The notes beneath the pieces were generated by a model. That model was not told the DNA's origin, ran no database searches, and worked only from the letters and a program-made list of their open reading frames with translations. A stretch of 64,000 bases of DNA, taken from NCBI GenBank assembly GCA_963700285.1, contig CAVOXA010000010.1, positions 1,792,001-1,856,000 on the forward strand. Reading direction: 5' to 3'. The position numbers and the translations under genes are program-made. Below, piece after piece: positions 51,171 through 60,181 of the stretch (position 1 is the first letter of the stretch; each line of letters starts with the position of its first letter). Source of the DNA: an uncultured Chloroflexia bacterium. Its GTDB lineage: Bacteria > Chloroflexota > Anaerolineae > JAAYZQ01.

Positions 51171-51728
51171 TTAGGCCTCGGTCCAGGTTCTGCCCATTCC
51201 CATGCGGTCGATGGGTGGGTAAGCCTTGCGAATGGCCAGGACGAGGGGGATGCCGATCAACCCGCCAACCACCATCTGGATCAAGTTGGGTCCCACCTCG
51301 GCCAGTGCTCCGGCAAAGCCCAGGCCATAGATGAACCACTCGCCGAAAAAGTAAACCAGAATGAGTGCGATGGAGCCGATGGCCCAGCCCGCGATCATGC
51401 CCACAACGCCCTTCTTGTAGCCAAAATAGCCGGCCAGAAAGCCCTGCAAGCCGTGGGCGATGAGCGTTATCGGCGCCCAGGCCGCATAGCCACTCAGGAT
51501 ATCTGCGATGGCGCAACCTACGCCTCCGGCGATGCTACCGACGATGGGGCCAAAAGCAAAGGCTGCAAAGTACACACCGACATCGCCAAAGTGGATGTAG
51601 CCCCCTGTGGCCGGAATGGGGATCTGAACGGCGAAGGTTAGGACTGCGACGACTGCTACCATCACGGCAATGACCGCCAATGTGGTCACAGTAATTTTGC
51701 CCATGATCGCTCCTCTTTTCTCCTCCAA
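51171..51728 (-). CDS. ECF transporter substrate-specific S component
   Basis: IPIPATGGYIHFGD..GP..AIADILSGY..WAPITLIAHG; substrate not determinable. Confidence 0.85.
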   Translation of the reverse strand: MEEKRGAIMGKITVTTLAVIAVMVAVVAVLTFAVQIPIPATGGYIHFGDVGVYFAAFAFGPIVGSIAGGVGCAIADILSGYAAWAPITLIAHGLQGFLAGYFGYKKGVVGMIAGWAIGSIALILVYFFGEWFIYGLGFAGALAEVGPNLIQMVVGGLIGIPLVLAIRKAYPPIDRMGMGRTWTEA

Positions 51729-51808
51729 TGAGAATGCACGTCTGTGCCAATGAACGCCAGGTAAAAAGTTGTCGCTGCTATGTTGCGGTGTCCCTGCCTG
51801 CTTGTATC

Positions 51809-51837
51809 CTTATACCAGAAAGAACTGTCCTTGTCAA
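51809..51837 (-). promoter_or_regulatory. Promoter of the ECF operon
   Basis: Minus strand TTGACA-17 nt-TATAAG with extended TG. Confidence 0.7.
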
Positions 51838-52005
51838 ACCCAGAGCACGCCATCCGGCAATCGTGAGGACCTGGGAATGTGAAGGTTGGAACTTGCCTTT
51901 TCCCTGGACCTGTGGCATAATGGCTCGGCCTTGAGATGCTGGGATCGAGTGGGCTCGATCCCAGAAAGGTTGAATCCACTCGCTCTAACCTGAAAAAGGG
52001 GGAGG

Positions 52006-52368
52006 ATGACATTGCTGTCAGACTATAACTTTATCGGGATCTTTGTGGTCGTTGTGCTGATCTTTCCCTTTATCGCTTTGGGGTTGGCATGGCTGTTGCG
52101 CCCAAAGAAGCCCAATCCCGTCAAGACCGACACCTTTGAGTGCGGCCTCCAGACTTTCGGCGACACTTGGGTCCAGTTTCGCGCCCAATACTTTGTCTAT
52201 GCCCTGGTCTTTGTCGTTTTCGACATTGAGGCCGTTTTTCTTTTCCCCTGGGCGGTGGCCTATGACAAAGTTGGGATCTGGGCGTTTGTCGAAGCTCTTT
52301 TGTTCCTCGCCATTCTTACCGTTGGCTTGGTCTATGCTTGGCGCAAGGATGCCCTGCAGCTGCAATAG
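52006..52368 (+). CDS. nuoA: NADH-quinone oxidoreductase subunit A
   Basis: FECG, FVVFDIEAVFLFPWAV, YAWRK. Confidence 0.95.
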   Translation: MTLLSDYNFIGIFVVVVLIFPFIALGLAWLLRPKKPNPVKTDTFECGLQTFGDTWVQFRAQYFVYALVFVVFDIEAVFLFPWAVAYDKVGIWAFVEALLFLAILTVGLVYAWRKDALQLQ

Positions 52369-52463
52369 CTAATTTCCAGTGTCCGATATCCCCTGCCACG
52401 GATTTGCCAATAGGCATCGGATATTCGGTTTGGATACTGGGAACTGGATGTTAGGAGAGGCCT

Positions 52464-53696
52464 ATGGATTTCATTCTGAACTTCTGGGTTGAATTCGGTA
52501 GCTGGGTGGCGGGCCTGATGGCTGGTTGGGGGATGCCGCCTTGGGCCGTAAACTTGGTCGCTGATATCGTGGGCGTTGTGATCCTGCTGCTCTTTGGCAT
52601 TGCAGGCGTGCTCATCTTTACGCCCATGGAGCGCAAGGTCATTGCCCGTATGCAGGACCGGCCTGGACCTAATAGGGTGTGGCCCTATGGCCTCCTGCAG
52701 GCCCTCGCCGACGCCATCAAGATGTTGACCAAAGAAGACATCGTTCCGACCAATTCTGATCGACGGCTCCACATGCTGGCCCCTCTCGTCGTCGCGGCGC
52801 CGGCCCTGTTGGTTTTCGCCGTGCTGCCCTGGGGGCCGGGACTCATCGGCCAAAACCTGAATGTGGGCATCCTTTTTATCGTGGCCGTAGGCACCATCCA
52901 CGTCCTGGCCATCATCATCGCCGGTTGGGGGGCGAACAACAAGTTCTCGCTGATCAGCACCTATCGTGTGGTGAACCAGTTGCTGGCCTACGAGATCCCC
53001 ATGGTACTCTGCATCCTGGCCGTGGTCCTGTTTGCCAAGACCATGTCTACCCAGGGGATCGTGGTGGCCCAAACGATCCCCTACTTTATTGTCATGCCGG
53101 TTGCGGCCTTGATCTTTTTGATCTGTGCGATGGCTGAGGCGAACCGCTCCCCGGTTGACCTCTTGGAGGCCGACTCGGAAATCGTAGCTGGCTATATGGT
53201 CGAGTACAGCGGCATGAAGTTCGCCATGTTCTTCATCGCCGAGTACGTCAGCCTGTTCGCGACCGCGGTCTTGGTCTCTACCCTCTTTCTGGGTGGCTGG
53301 AAGTTCTTCGGACTGGAAAAAGTGGCTCCGGTGCTTACACCCATCATCGTCTTTGGCAAGGCCGTGTTCGTAGTCTTTTGCATACTCTGGTTCCGTGCCA
53401 CTTTTCCCCGCCTGCGCTTTGACCACCTCATGGGCTTTGCCTGGAAGTTCCTGGTGCCCCTCAGCATGGTCAACCTCTTGCTGGCCGCCCTGATCCTCAA
53501 GCTGACGGACAATATCTGGGGGCAAGGAATTCTGATGCTCGTGGGCAACATCATCCTGGTCGCCGCAACATTTCTCATCCTCAAGTTCACTGCGCCCAAA
53601 CTAGATAAGGCCCCGGCTCTCAAGCGTATCCTAGCGGTGGAGTCGGTCCCTGAAGCGCCCCCGAGCAGCGCGGCGGGCTTGGTCGAAGGAAGGTAG
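52464..53696 (+). CDS. nuoH: NADH-quinone oxidoreductase subunit H
   Basis: ERKVIARMQDRPGP, GLLQALADAIK, AEANRSP.DL.EA, EYSG, RLRFD. Confidence 0.95.
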   Translation: MDFILNFWVEFGSWVAGLMAGWGMPPWAVNLVADIVGVVILLLFGIAGVLIFTPMERKVIARMQDRPGPNRVWPYGLLQALADAIKMLTKEDIVPTNSDRRLHMLAPLVVAAPALLVFAVLPWGPGLIGQNLNVGILFIVAVGTIHVLAIIIAGWGANNKFSLISTYRVVNQLLAYEIPMVLCILAVVLFAKTMSTQGIVVAQTIPYFIVMPVAALIFLICAMAEANRSPVDLLEADSEIVAGYMVEYSGMKFAMFFIAEYVSLFATAVLVSTLFLGGWKFFGLEKVAPVLTPIIVFGKAVFVVFCILWFRATFPRLRFDHLMGFAWKFLVPLSMVNLLLAALILKLTDNIWGQGILMLVGNIILVAATFLILKFTAPKLDKAPALKRILAVESVPEAPPSSAAGLVEGR

Positions 53697-53697
53697 G

Positions 53698-54201
53698 ATG
53701 GCTATGACTGTATCGCACGTGGTCTTTATCATCCTGAGCGCGGTGGCCCTGATAGGCGCCTTGGGTGTCGTCCTCTCCCATAGTCTGTTCCGGGCTGCAC
53801 TCTTTTTGGTCCTCTCTTTCGTGGGTGTAGCTGGCTTCTATATTCTCCTGGAAGCGGAGTTTCTGGCCATGGTTCAGCTCCTGGTCTACGTGGGGGCCAT
53901 TTCCATTCTGATCATCTTTGCCATCATGCTTTCCCGGCGGCTGATGTCGCCAGACTTCAAGGCGCGCAACGAACAGTGGCTTGTGGCTCTCGTCTCGGCC
54001 GCGGCACTGTTTATTCTCCTGGTCTTTATCCTGCTGCAAGTGAACTGGCCGGCCGAGCTATCCATTGTACCGCCAAATACGATCGAACAGTTGGGTATTG
54101 CCCTGGTCAGCCCGGATCATTTTGTCTTGGTCTTTGAGGCGGCCTCTGTGCTTTTGCTAGTGGCTTTGGTCGGGGCAGTCATTGTCGCGCGTGATAGGTA
54201 A
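53698..54201 (+). CDS. nuoJ: NADH-quinone oxidoreductase subunit J
   Basis: AEFLAMVQLLVYVGAI, FEAASVLLL. Confidence 0.95.
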   Translation: MAMTVSHVVFIILSAVALIGALGVVLSHSLFRAALFLVLSFVGVAGFYILLEAEFLAMVQLLVYVGAISILIIFAIMLSRRLMSPDFKARNEQWLVALVSAAALFILLVFILLQVNWPAELSIVPPNTIEQLGIALVSPDHFVLVFEAASVLLLVALVGAVIVARDR

Positions 54202-54264
54202 AGACCTCGAAGGTTCTCCTGAACCTGAGGTCTGGTAACGCTTCCTAACGAGGGAGAAACGCTT

Positions 54265-54582
54265 ATGCAAGTTCCATTGTCCTGGTACCTGGTCGTCGCT
54301 GCTGCCCTGTTCTGCATTGGCCTGTATGGCGCCCTTTCGCGGCGCAACGCCATTGCCGTGCTCATGGGCGTGGAGCTGATGCTCAACTCGGTGAACATTA
54401 ACCTCCTCGCCTTCTGGCGATATGTGGAGGCGGCGAGGGGCTCGCTGTCGGGCCAGGTCTTTGCCATCGTCGTCATCACCGTGGCTGCTGCTGAGGCGGC
54501 AGTGGGTCTGGCGCTGATCATCGCCGTCTATCGCAACCGCCATACGGTGGACATCGAAGACGTAGATCTGATGAAACTGTAA
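54265..54582 (+). CDS. nuoK: NADH-quinone oxidoreductase subunit K
   Basis: [20 protein letters not shown]. Confidence 0.95.
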   Translation: MQVPLSWYLVVAAALFCIGLYGALSRRNAIAVLMGVELMLNSVNINLLAFWRYVEAARGSLSGQVFAIVVITVAAAEAAVGLALIIAVYRNRHTVDIEDVDLMKL

Positions 54583-54597
54583 GGAGCGAGATAGTCG

Positions 54598-56733
54598 ATG
54601 AGAGAATTCTTTTTTAACCTGGTCTGGCTGCTCCCGCTCTTTCCTTTGCTGGCCTTTGCCCTCATTGTGCTGTGGACCAACCGCAACCGGGTGCTCAGTA
54701 CCTGGATCGCCTGGATAGGCATCGGCCTATCCTGGATCCTGGGCTGGACCATCCTGGGCCTGACCCGGCAGGACATCCACGGGCTGGTGCCACCGGAGGG
54801 TGGCTACCAGGTATGGATGTATGCGATGCCTACCGGCTCCACCGTCCTCAAGCTGGGCTTCCAGGTGGATACGCTCACGAGCATCATGCTCCTTATGGTA
54901 CCATTTGTCTGTTTGATGATCTTTATCTATGCCAAGGGCTACATGAACTTTGGCACCGACGAGGTAGATTCCCGCTACTCCCGGTTCTTTGCCTACATCT
55001 CGCTCTTTGCCACCGGCATGCTGGGGCTGGTTATCGCCAATAACTTTGTCTCGCTCCTGATTTTCTGGGAGATCATGGGCCTTTGTTCTTACCTGCTCAT
55101 TGGATTTTGGTTCGACAAATCGTATCCCGATCCCAAGCGCATCACGCCCAAAGAGGCCGGCCTAAAAGCCTTTCTGACCACGCGTATCGGCGACGTGATC
55201 ATGCTGGCCGGCATGCTCCTGCTCTATTCCCAGACCGGCACGATGACCTTCCAGGAGATCTTTTCCGAGGAGACGCTGCACCACCTGGCAAATACCTATG
55301 CTTTCCCCGGCATGTCCTGGGCCACACTCTGCGCCCTTCTGATCTTTGGTGGGGCGGTGGGCAAGAGCGCCCAATTCCCCCTCCACGTCTGGCTGCCCGA
55401 TGCCATGGAGGGTCCCACCCCCGTCAGCGCCCTGATTCACGCCGCGACGATGGTTTCGGCCGGCGTCTACCTGGTGGCCCGCTCCTTCCCCCTCTTTGTG
55501 GCCGGAGGCAGCGAGGCGATGACCGTGGTGGCCCTGATCGGCGCCTTCACCGCCATCTTTGCGAGTACCATCGCCATCGCCCAGAACGACATCAAACGGG
55601 TGCTGGCTTTTTCGACCATTAGCCAGCTCGGCTACATGTTTGCCGCGCTGGGTATTGGCGCCTATGCGGCGGCTGTTTTCCACCTCATCATGCACGCCTT
55701 TTTCAAGGCGCTCCTGTTCATGGGCTCCGGCTCGGTGATCCACGGTGTGGAGCACGGCCACCATCACGTCCATCATGGGGATCACGGGCATGAGGAAGAA
55801 GCGTTCGACGCCAATGACATGATGAACATGGGTGGGCTGCTGAAGCGGATGCCGCGCACCGGCTGGACCTTTATCGTCGGAGCCCTGGCGCTGACCGGTA
55901 TCTTTCCCTTTGCCGGTTTCTGGAGCAAGGACGAGATCCTGGCCGAGGCCTGGAACGAGTTCATCCACGGCAGCGCCGCCGCCATCGCCCCCTCCCTGGA
56001 CTTTGTGGTCTGGTTACTTCTGGCCGTCGCCGCCTTGCTGACCGCTTTCTATACCGGACGCCAGGTCTTTTTGACCTTCTTTGGCAAGCCCCGGACCGAG
56101 GCTGCCGAGCACGCGCCCGAAAGTACGGGAAGCATGACCTGGCCCCTGATCATCCTGGCCGTCTTTGCCGCTTTCCTAGGCCTGACCGGTACCCCCTGGG
56201 CCAACCAGTTCTTCTTCATGATTGGCGAGGAAGCCCACTTTATGGACTTTCACCTCCACCACGCAGAGTTTAACATTGTGGTGGCGGTGATCTCCCTGGC
56301 CATCGCCGGCCTGGGCTGGCTTGGTGCTTGGTTTATCTATGGCCGCAAGCCGCTGACGGAACCGGTAGATCCGATTCGCAAACCCCTGGGGCCGGTCTAC
56401 ACCCTGCTGGAAAACAAATACTATGTGGATGAGTTTTACCACCTCATCATCATCCGGCCCGCTCTCTGGCTGGGCAATGCGTGTGCCAAGTTTGACCGGA
56501 CGGTCATTGACGCCATCGTCAACGCGGTGGGGCGCTTTGGCCGCTGGGCGGCAAGTTGGCTCGGCAAGGCCATCGAACCGATCATTGATGCCGTGGTCAA
56601 TGGCGTGGGCAAGGTGACGACCGCTTTTGGCGAGTTCATGCGCGCTACCCAGACCGGCAATGTGCAGAACTACTTGCTGGTGGCAGCAGTCACTGTCTTG
56701 TTGCTGCTGGCCCTGTTCGTGATACGGGGCTGA
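54598..56733 (+). CDS. nuoL: NADH-quinone oxidoreductase subunit L
   Basis: GKSAQFPLHVWLPDAMEGPTPVSALIHAATMV, HAFFKALLF, FWSKDEI. Confidence 0.97.
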   Translation: MREFFFNLVWLLPLFPLLAFALIVLWTNRNRVLSTWIAWIGIGLSWILGWTILGLTRQDIHGLVPPEGGYQVWMYAMPTGSTVLKLGFQVDTLTSIMLLMVPFVCLMIFIYAKGYMNFGTDEVDSRYSRFFAYISLFATGMLGLVIANNFVSLLIFWEIMGLCSYLLIGFWFDKSYPDPKRITPKEAGLKAFLTTRIGDVIMLAGMLLLYSQTGTMTFQEIFSEETLHHLANTYAFPGMSWATLCALLIFGGAVGKSAQFPLHVWLPDAMEGPTPVSALIHAATMVSAGVYLVARSFPLFVAGGSEAMTVVALIGAFTAIFASTIAIAQNDIKRVLAFSTISQLGYMFAALGIGAYAAAVFHLIMHAFFKALLFMGSGSVIHGVEHGHHHVHHGDHGHEEEAFDANDMMNMGGLLKRMPRTGWTFIVGALALTGIFPFAGFWSKDEILAEAWNEFIHGSAAAIAPSLDFVVWLLLAVAALLTAFYTGRQVFLTFFGKPRTEAAEHAPESTGSMTWPLIILAVFAAFLGLTGTPWANQFFFMIGEEAHFMDFHLHHAEFNIVVAVISLAIAGLGWLGAWFIYGRKPLTEPVDPIRKPLGPVYTLLENKYYVDEFYHLIIIRPALWLGNACAKFDRTVIDAIVNAVGRFGRWAASWLGKAIEPIIDAVVNGVGKVTTAFGEFMRATQTGNVQNYLLVAAVTVLLLLALFVIRG

Positions 56734-56821
56734 TCAGGTGGATATCAAACTGAGCGTGTTAAAGGGTGCTGCCGTGCCGAGATACGAGTTCCCAAACGGA
56801 CTGTACCGAGGAGGACGATAG

Positions 56822-58411
56822 ATGGATAATCTGCTCGTTTTTATCACTTTTACCCCGTTGTTGGGAGCGCTGCTGATCCTGCTCATCCCCAAGGATCAGG
56901 AGCGGACCATCAAGAACCTGGCCGTGGGCATCAGCTTTGTCCCGCTGCTGCTGGCCATCTACCTGTGGTTGGCCTACGACAAGGGGCTGGCCGGCTTCCA
57001 GTTTGAGGTCCTTGCCGAATGGATCCCGGCTATCGACGTCTTTTTCCACGTTGGCGCCGATGGGTTGAGCATCCCGTTGATCTTTTTGACGGCATTGCTC
57101 ACGACCCTCTGCATGATCTATTCGTCCTTCACCATCACCACGCGGGTTAAAGAGTTCTTCTTGCTCTTCTTCCTGCTGCAGATGGGGATGTTCGGCGTCT
57201 TTATCGCCCTGGACCTGGTACTGTTCTACGTCTTTTGGGAGATTGGACTGGTGCCGATGTACCTTCTCATTGGCATCTGGGGCCAGTCCAAGGATCGGCC
57301 CCAATACTCGGCCATCAAGTTCTTTCTCTATACGTTGAGCGGCAGTGTGCTCATGCTGCTTGCCATCCTGGCCCTCTACTTCTACCACGGCACCTTTGAC
57401 ATTGTTGCCCTGTCGCAGGTAGACAAGATCTTTGGCGGTGTCCCGTATCTGGCTATCCCGGCCTTTTGGGCTTTCTTCATCGCCTTTGCCATCAAGGTGC
57501 CCCTCTGGCCCTTCCACACCTGGTTGCCCGATGCTCACACGGCGGCGCCCACGGCCGGCAGCGTCATCCTGGCCGGCGTCCTGCTAAAGCTGGGTGGGTT
57601 TGGCATGCTGCGCATCGCTCTGCCCATCTTTCCCGAGCAGTTCCGCTTCTATAGCTGGAATGTACCCATTATCCCCATCCTGGCCCTTTTCAGTATCATC
57701 TACGGAGCCTTTGTCTGTATGGCCCAGTGGGACCTCAAGCGGCTGATTGCCTACTCCTCGGTGAGCCACATGGGGTACTTTATGCTGGGTGCTGCGGCAG
57801 CGGCGGCAGCCTGGGGCCGGACAGGGTTGGAGGATGCGGCGGCCATGGCCACCAACGGCGCTGCGATGCAGATGTTCAACCACGGCATCATCACCGGCGG
57901 CCTCTTTTTCCTGGTGGGCGTCATCTATGAACGGGCCCACGTCCGCGACCTGGGTCTCAAGGATAGCGACGGACAATTGGTTCGCGACCCGGACAACAAG
58001 GTGATTCCCACTTTTGGCGGCCTGGGCAAGATGACACCCTACTACTATGGCATCTTTTTGCTGACCGCCTTTGCCAGCCTGGGGCTGCCCGGCCTGGCTG
58101 GGTTCTGGGCCGAGTTCTTTGTCTTCCGGGGCGCCTTCCAGATCATGCCCCTGTTCGCCGCCATCGGCATCATTGGCATCGTGGTCACGGCGGCCTACAT
58201 CCTGTGGAAGATCGTCCAGTACCTCTTCTTGGGCGACTTTAGCTGGGACCGCTGGAAAGCAGTGACCCATGGCGCCAAGCTGACCGATATGGTAACTTTC
58301 GAAAAGGTTACCTTGTGGCCGCTGGTCCTGTTCATGATTGCCTTTGGCGTTTTTCCCACGCCACTGGTGGCCTTCTTTAATACCTTTTCCCAGTGGCTGT
58401 TTGGTGGATGA
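56822..58411 (+). CDS. nuoM: NADH-quinone oxidoreductase subunit M
   Basis: FYVFWE, KVPLWPFHTWLPDAH, LIAYSSVSHMG, GLPGLAGFWAEF. Confidence 0.97.
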   Translation: MDNLLVFITFTPLLGALLILLIPKDQERTIKNLAVGISFVPLLLAIYLWLAYDKGLAGFQFEVLAEWIPAIDVFFHVGADGLSIPLIFLTALLTTLCMIYSSFTITTRVKEFFLLFFLLQMGMFGVFIALDLVLFYVFWEIGLVPMYLLIGIWGQSKDRPQYSAIKFFLYTLSGSVLMLLAILALYFYHGTFDIVALSQVDKIFGGVPYLAIPAFWAFFIAFAIKVPLWPFHTWLPDAHTAAPTAGSVILAGVLLKLGGFGMLRIALPIFPEQFRFYSWNVPIIPILALFSIIYGAFVCMAQWDLKRLIAYSSVSHMGYFMLGAAAAAAAWGRTGLEDAAAMATNGAAMQMFNHGIITGGLFFLVGVIYERAHVRDLGLKDSDGQLVRDPDNKVIPTFGGLGKMTPYYYGIFLLTAFASLGLPGLAGFWAEFFVFRGAFQIMPLFAAIGIIGIVVTAAYILWKIVQYLFLGDFSWDRWKAVTHGAKLTDMVTFEKVTLWPLVLFMIAFGVFPTPLVAFFNTFSQWLFGG

Positions 58412-58420
58412 TGATTGCAC

Positions 58421-58517
58421 AACCTCCCGCAGGTTTGGACGTCTCAGAGGATTCGGCATACGCGCCGGGTTGTGGGTCCAAGCTTGTACATGCGGTCGAG
58501 GGAGCCTGCGGGAGGTT
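58421..58517. repeat. REP/REPIN-like inverted pair in the nuoM-nuoN spacer
   Basis: aacctcccgcaggtt ... agcctgcgggaggtt (14 of 15 complementary). Confidence 0.7.
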
Positions 58518-58544
58518 TCTGCAGGCTATTACCGGAGGTGAGTC

Positions 58545-60071
58545 TTGAGTCTAGGTGAAACACTGAAACTGCTCTCACCCGAACTGATCCTGCTGCTCAC
58601 CGGGCTGGTAGTCCTGGTGGTGGACTTTATCTGGCGGGACGCGGCGTCGGGGGAAGCCGCCGGTGAGGCCTCATCCGGCGGAGACAAGACTGTTGTCGTG
58701 CCGGCGCTGGCCCTCATCGGCCTGGGCGCGGCGTTGGTGGCTACGGTTCTGCTGTGGGATACGCCACCGACGCGGGTCCTGTCTATGATGACCGTGGATC
58801 CCTTTGCCCTGTTCTTCAAGGTCGTGGCCATTACCTGCGTGATGCTGGTCATCCTGGCAGCCGTTCCCTACCTCCGGGGCCGCACCCGCTTCCGGGGCGA
58901 GTTCTATGCGCTGCTCGTCTTTGCCTGTCTGGCCATTTCCCTGGCTTCGTCGGGCATCGATCTGATCGCCATTTACCTGGGCATGGAGTTTCTGAGCATC
59001 ACGTCCTACGTGCTGGCCGGCTACCTGCGCGACGACAAGAAATCCAACGAGGCGGGCATCAAGTACTTTTTGTATGGCGCGGTGACCTCGGCGGTCATGC
59101 TCTATGGCATGTCGCTGCTCTTTGGCGCGACGGGAACCACCGATCTGGCCGGGATCGCGCAGTTCCTGGCGGCCGGCAACCAGAGCCTGCAGTGGCTGGC
59201 CGTGGCCGCCATCGTCTTTCTGCTGGCTGGCTTTAGCTTCAAGATCGTGCTGGCGCCCTACCACCAGTGGGCGCCCGACACCTACGAAGGCGCGCCCACG
59301 CCGGTCACCGCCTTCCTGTCGGTGGCCTCCAAGGCGGCGGGTTTTGCCATCCTGATGCGCGTGTTCCTGACGGCTCTGCCAGCCTTCCGCTGGCAGATCG
59401 GCTGGATGGCCTTCCTCATCGCCCTCTCTATCATCTCCATGGGCCTGGGCAACCTCATCGCCCTGCGCCAGACCAACATCAAGCGCATGCTGGCCTACTC
59501 CAGCATCGGCCAGGCTGGCTTTATCATCATCGGCTTTATCTGCCTGACCCTGGACTCGGAGAGCGCCTTCCTGGGCATGAACGGCACCCTGTTCTACCTC
59601 TTTGCCTACCTGTTCACCAACATGGCAGCCTTCACGGCGGTCATTGCCGTCGAGAGCGCTACGGGTTCCGCCGAGATTTCCGAATACCGCGGCCTCATCA
59701 AGCGGGCGCCCATCGCTGCCGGTGTCCTGCTCGTCGCGCTGATCTCCCTGGCCGGCATCCCCGGTACGGGGGGCTTTCTGGGCAAGTTCTTTGTCTTTGG
59801 CTCGGCCATCCAGTTCAACACGCCGCAGACCATCACCCTGGCCGTCGTCGGCATCCTCTTTAGCGTCGTGGCCGCTTTCTACTATTTGAACGTGGTGCGC
59901 CAGATGTTCTTTGAGGAGGCGGAAGAAGGCGCCAAGCCCATCGCCCTGGGCGCGGGGCTAAAGGCCGGCCTGATCGTAGCTGCCGCGGGTATCCTGGTCG
60001 TGGGCCTCTATCCCCAGCCCTTCCTCGAGTTTGCCACCAGGTCGATGCAGATGCTGGCTGTAATCCCCTAG
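58545..60071 (+). CDS. nuoN: NADH-quinone oxidoreductase subunit N
   Basis: EAGIKYF, FKIVLAPYHQWAPDTYEGAP, KRMLAYSSI, GIPGTGGFLGK. Confidence 0.97.
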   Translation: MSLGETLKLLSPELILLLTGLVVLVVDFIWRDAASGEAAGEASSGGDKTVVVPALALIGLGAALVATVLLWDTPPTRVLSMMTVDPFALFFKVVAITCVMLVILAAVPYLRGRTRFRGEFYALLVFACLAISLASSGIDLIAIYLGMEFLSITSYVLAGYLRDDKKSNEAGIKYFLYGAVTSAVMLYGMSLLFGATGTTDLAGIAQFLAAGNQSLQWLAVAAIVFLLAGFSFKIVLAPYHQWAPDTYEGAPTPVTAFLSVASKAAGFAILMRVFLTALPAFRWQIGWMAFLIALSIISMGLGNLIALRQTNIKRMLAYSSIGQAGFIIIGFICLTLDSESAFLGMNGTLFYLFAYLFTNMAAFTAVIAVESATGSAEISEYRGLIKRAPIAAGVLLVALISLAGIPGTGGFLGKFFVFGSAIQFNTPQTITLAVVGILFSVVAAFYYLNVVRQMFFEEAEEGAKPIALGAGLKAGLIVAAAGILVVGLYPQPFLEFATRSMQMLAVIP

Positions 60072-60094
60072 CTCCAAGGGTAAGCGTCAACCTC

Positions 60095-60135
60095 AAACGT
60101 CAAGGGAAGCAAGACTTCCCTTGACGTTTTTCTTT
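60095..60135 (+). terminator. nuo operon terminator whose 3' arm contains the -35 of the next promoter
   Basis: aaacgtcaagggaag-caaga-cttcccttgacgttt followed by ttcttt. Confidence 0.8.
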
Positions 60136-60149
60136 GCCTCAAGTATAAT
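60121..60149 (+). promoter_or_regulatory. Promoter of comM/yifB
   Basis: TTGACG-17 nt-TATAAT. Confidence 0.75.
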
Positions 60150-60181
60150 GTGTAGGTCGGTATCCCAGACGGAGCCATCCC

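Noticed and set aside
51729-51808. Riboswitch ahead of the ECF S component
   Set aside because: The leader is about 75 nt with no recognisable aptamer or terminator.
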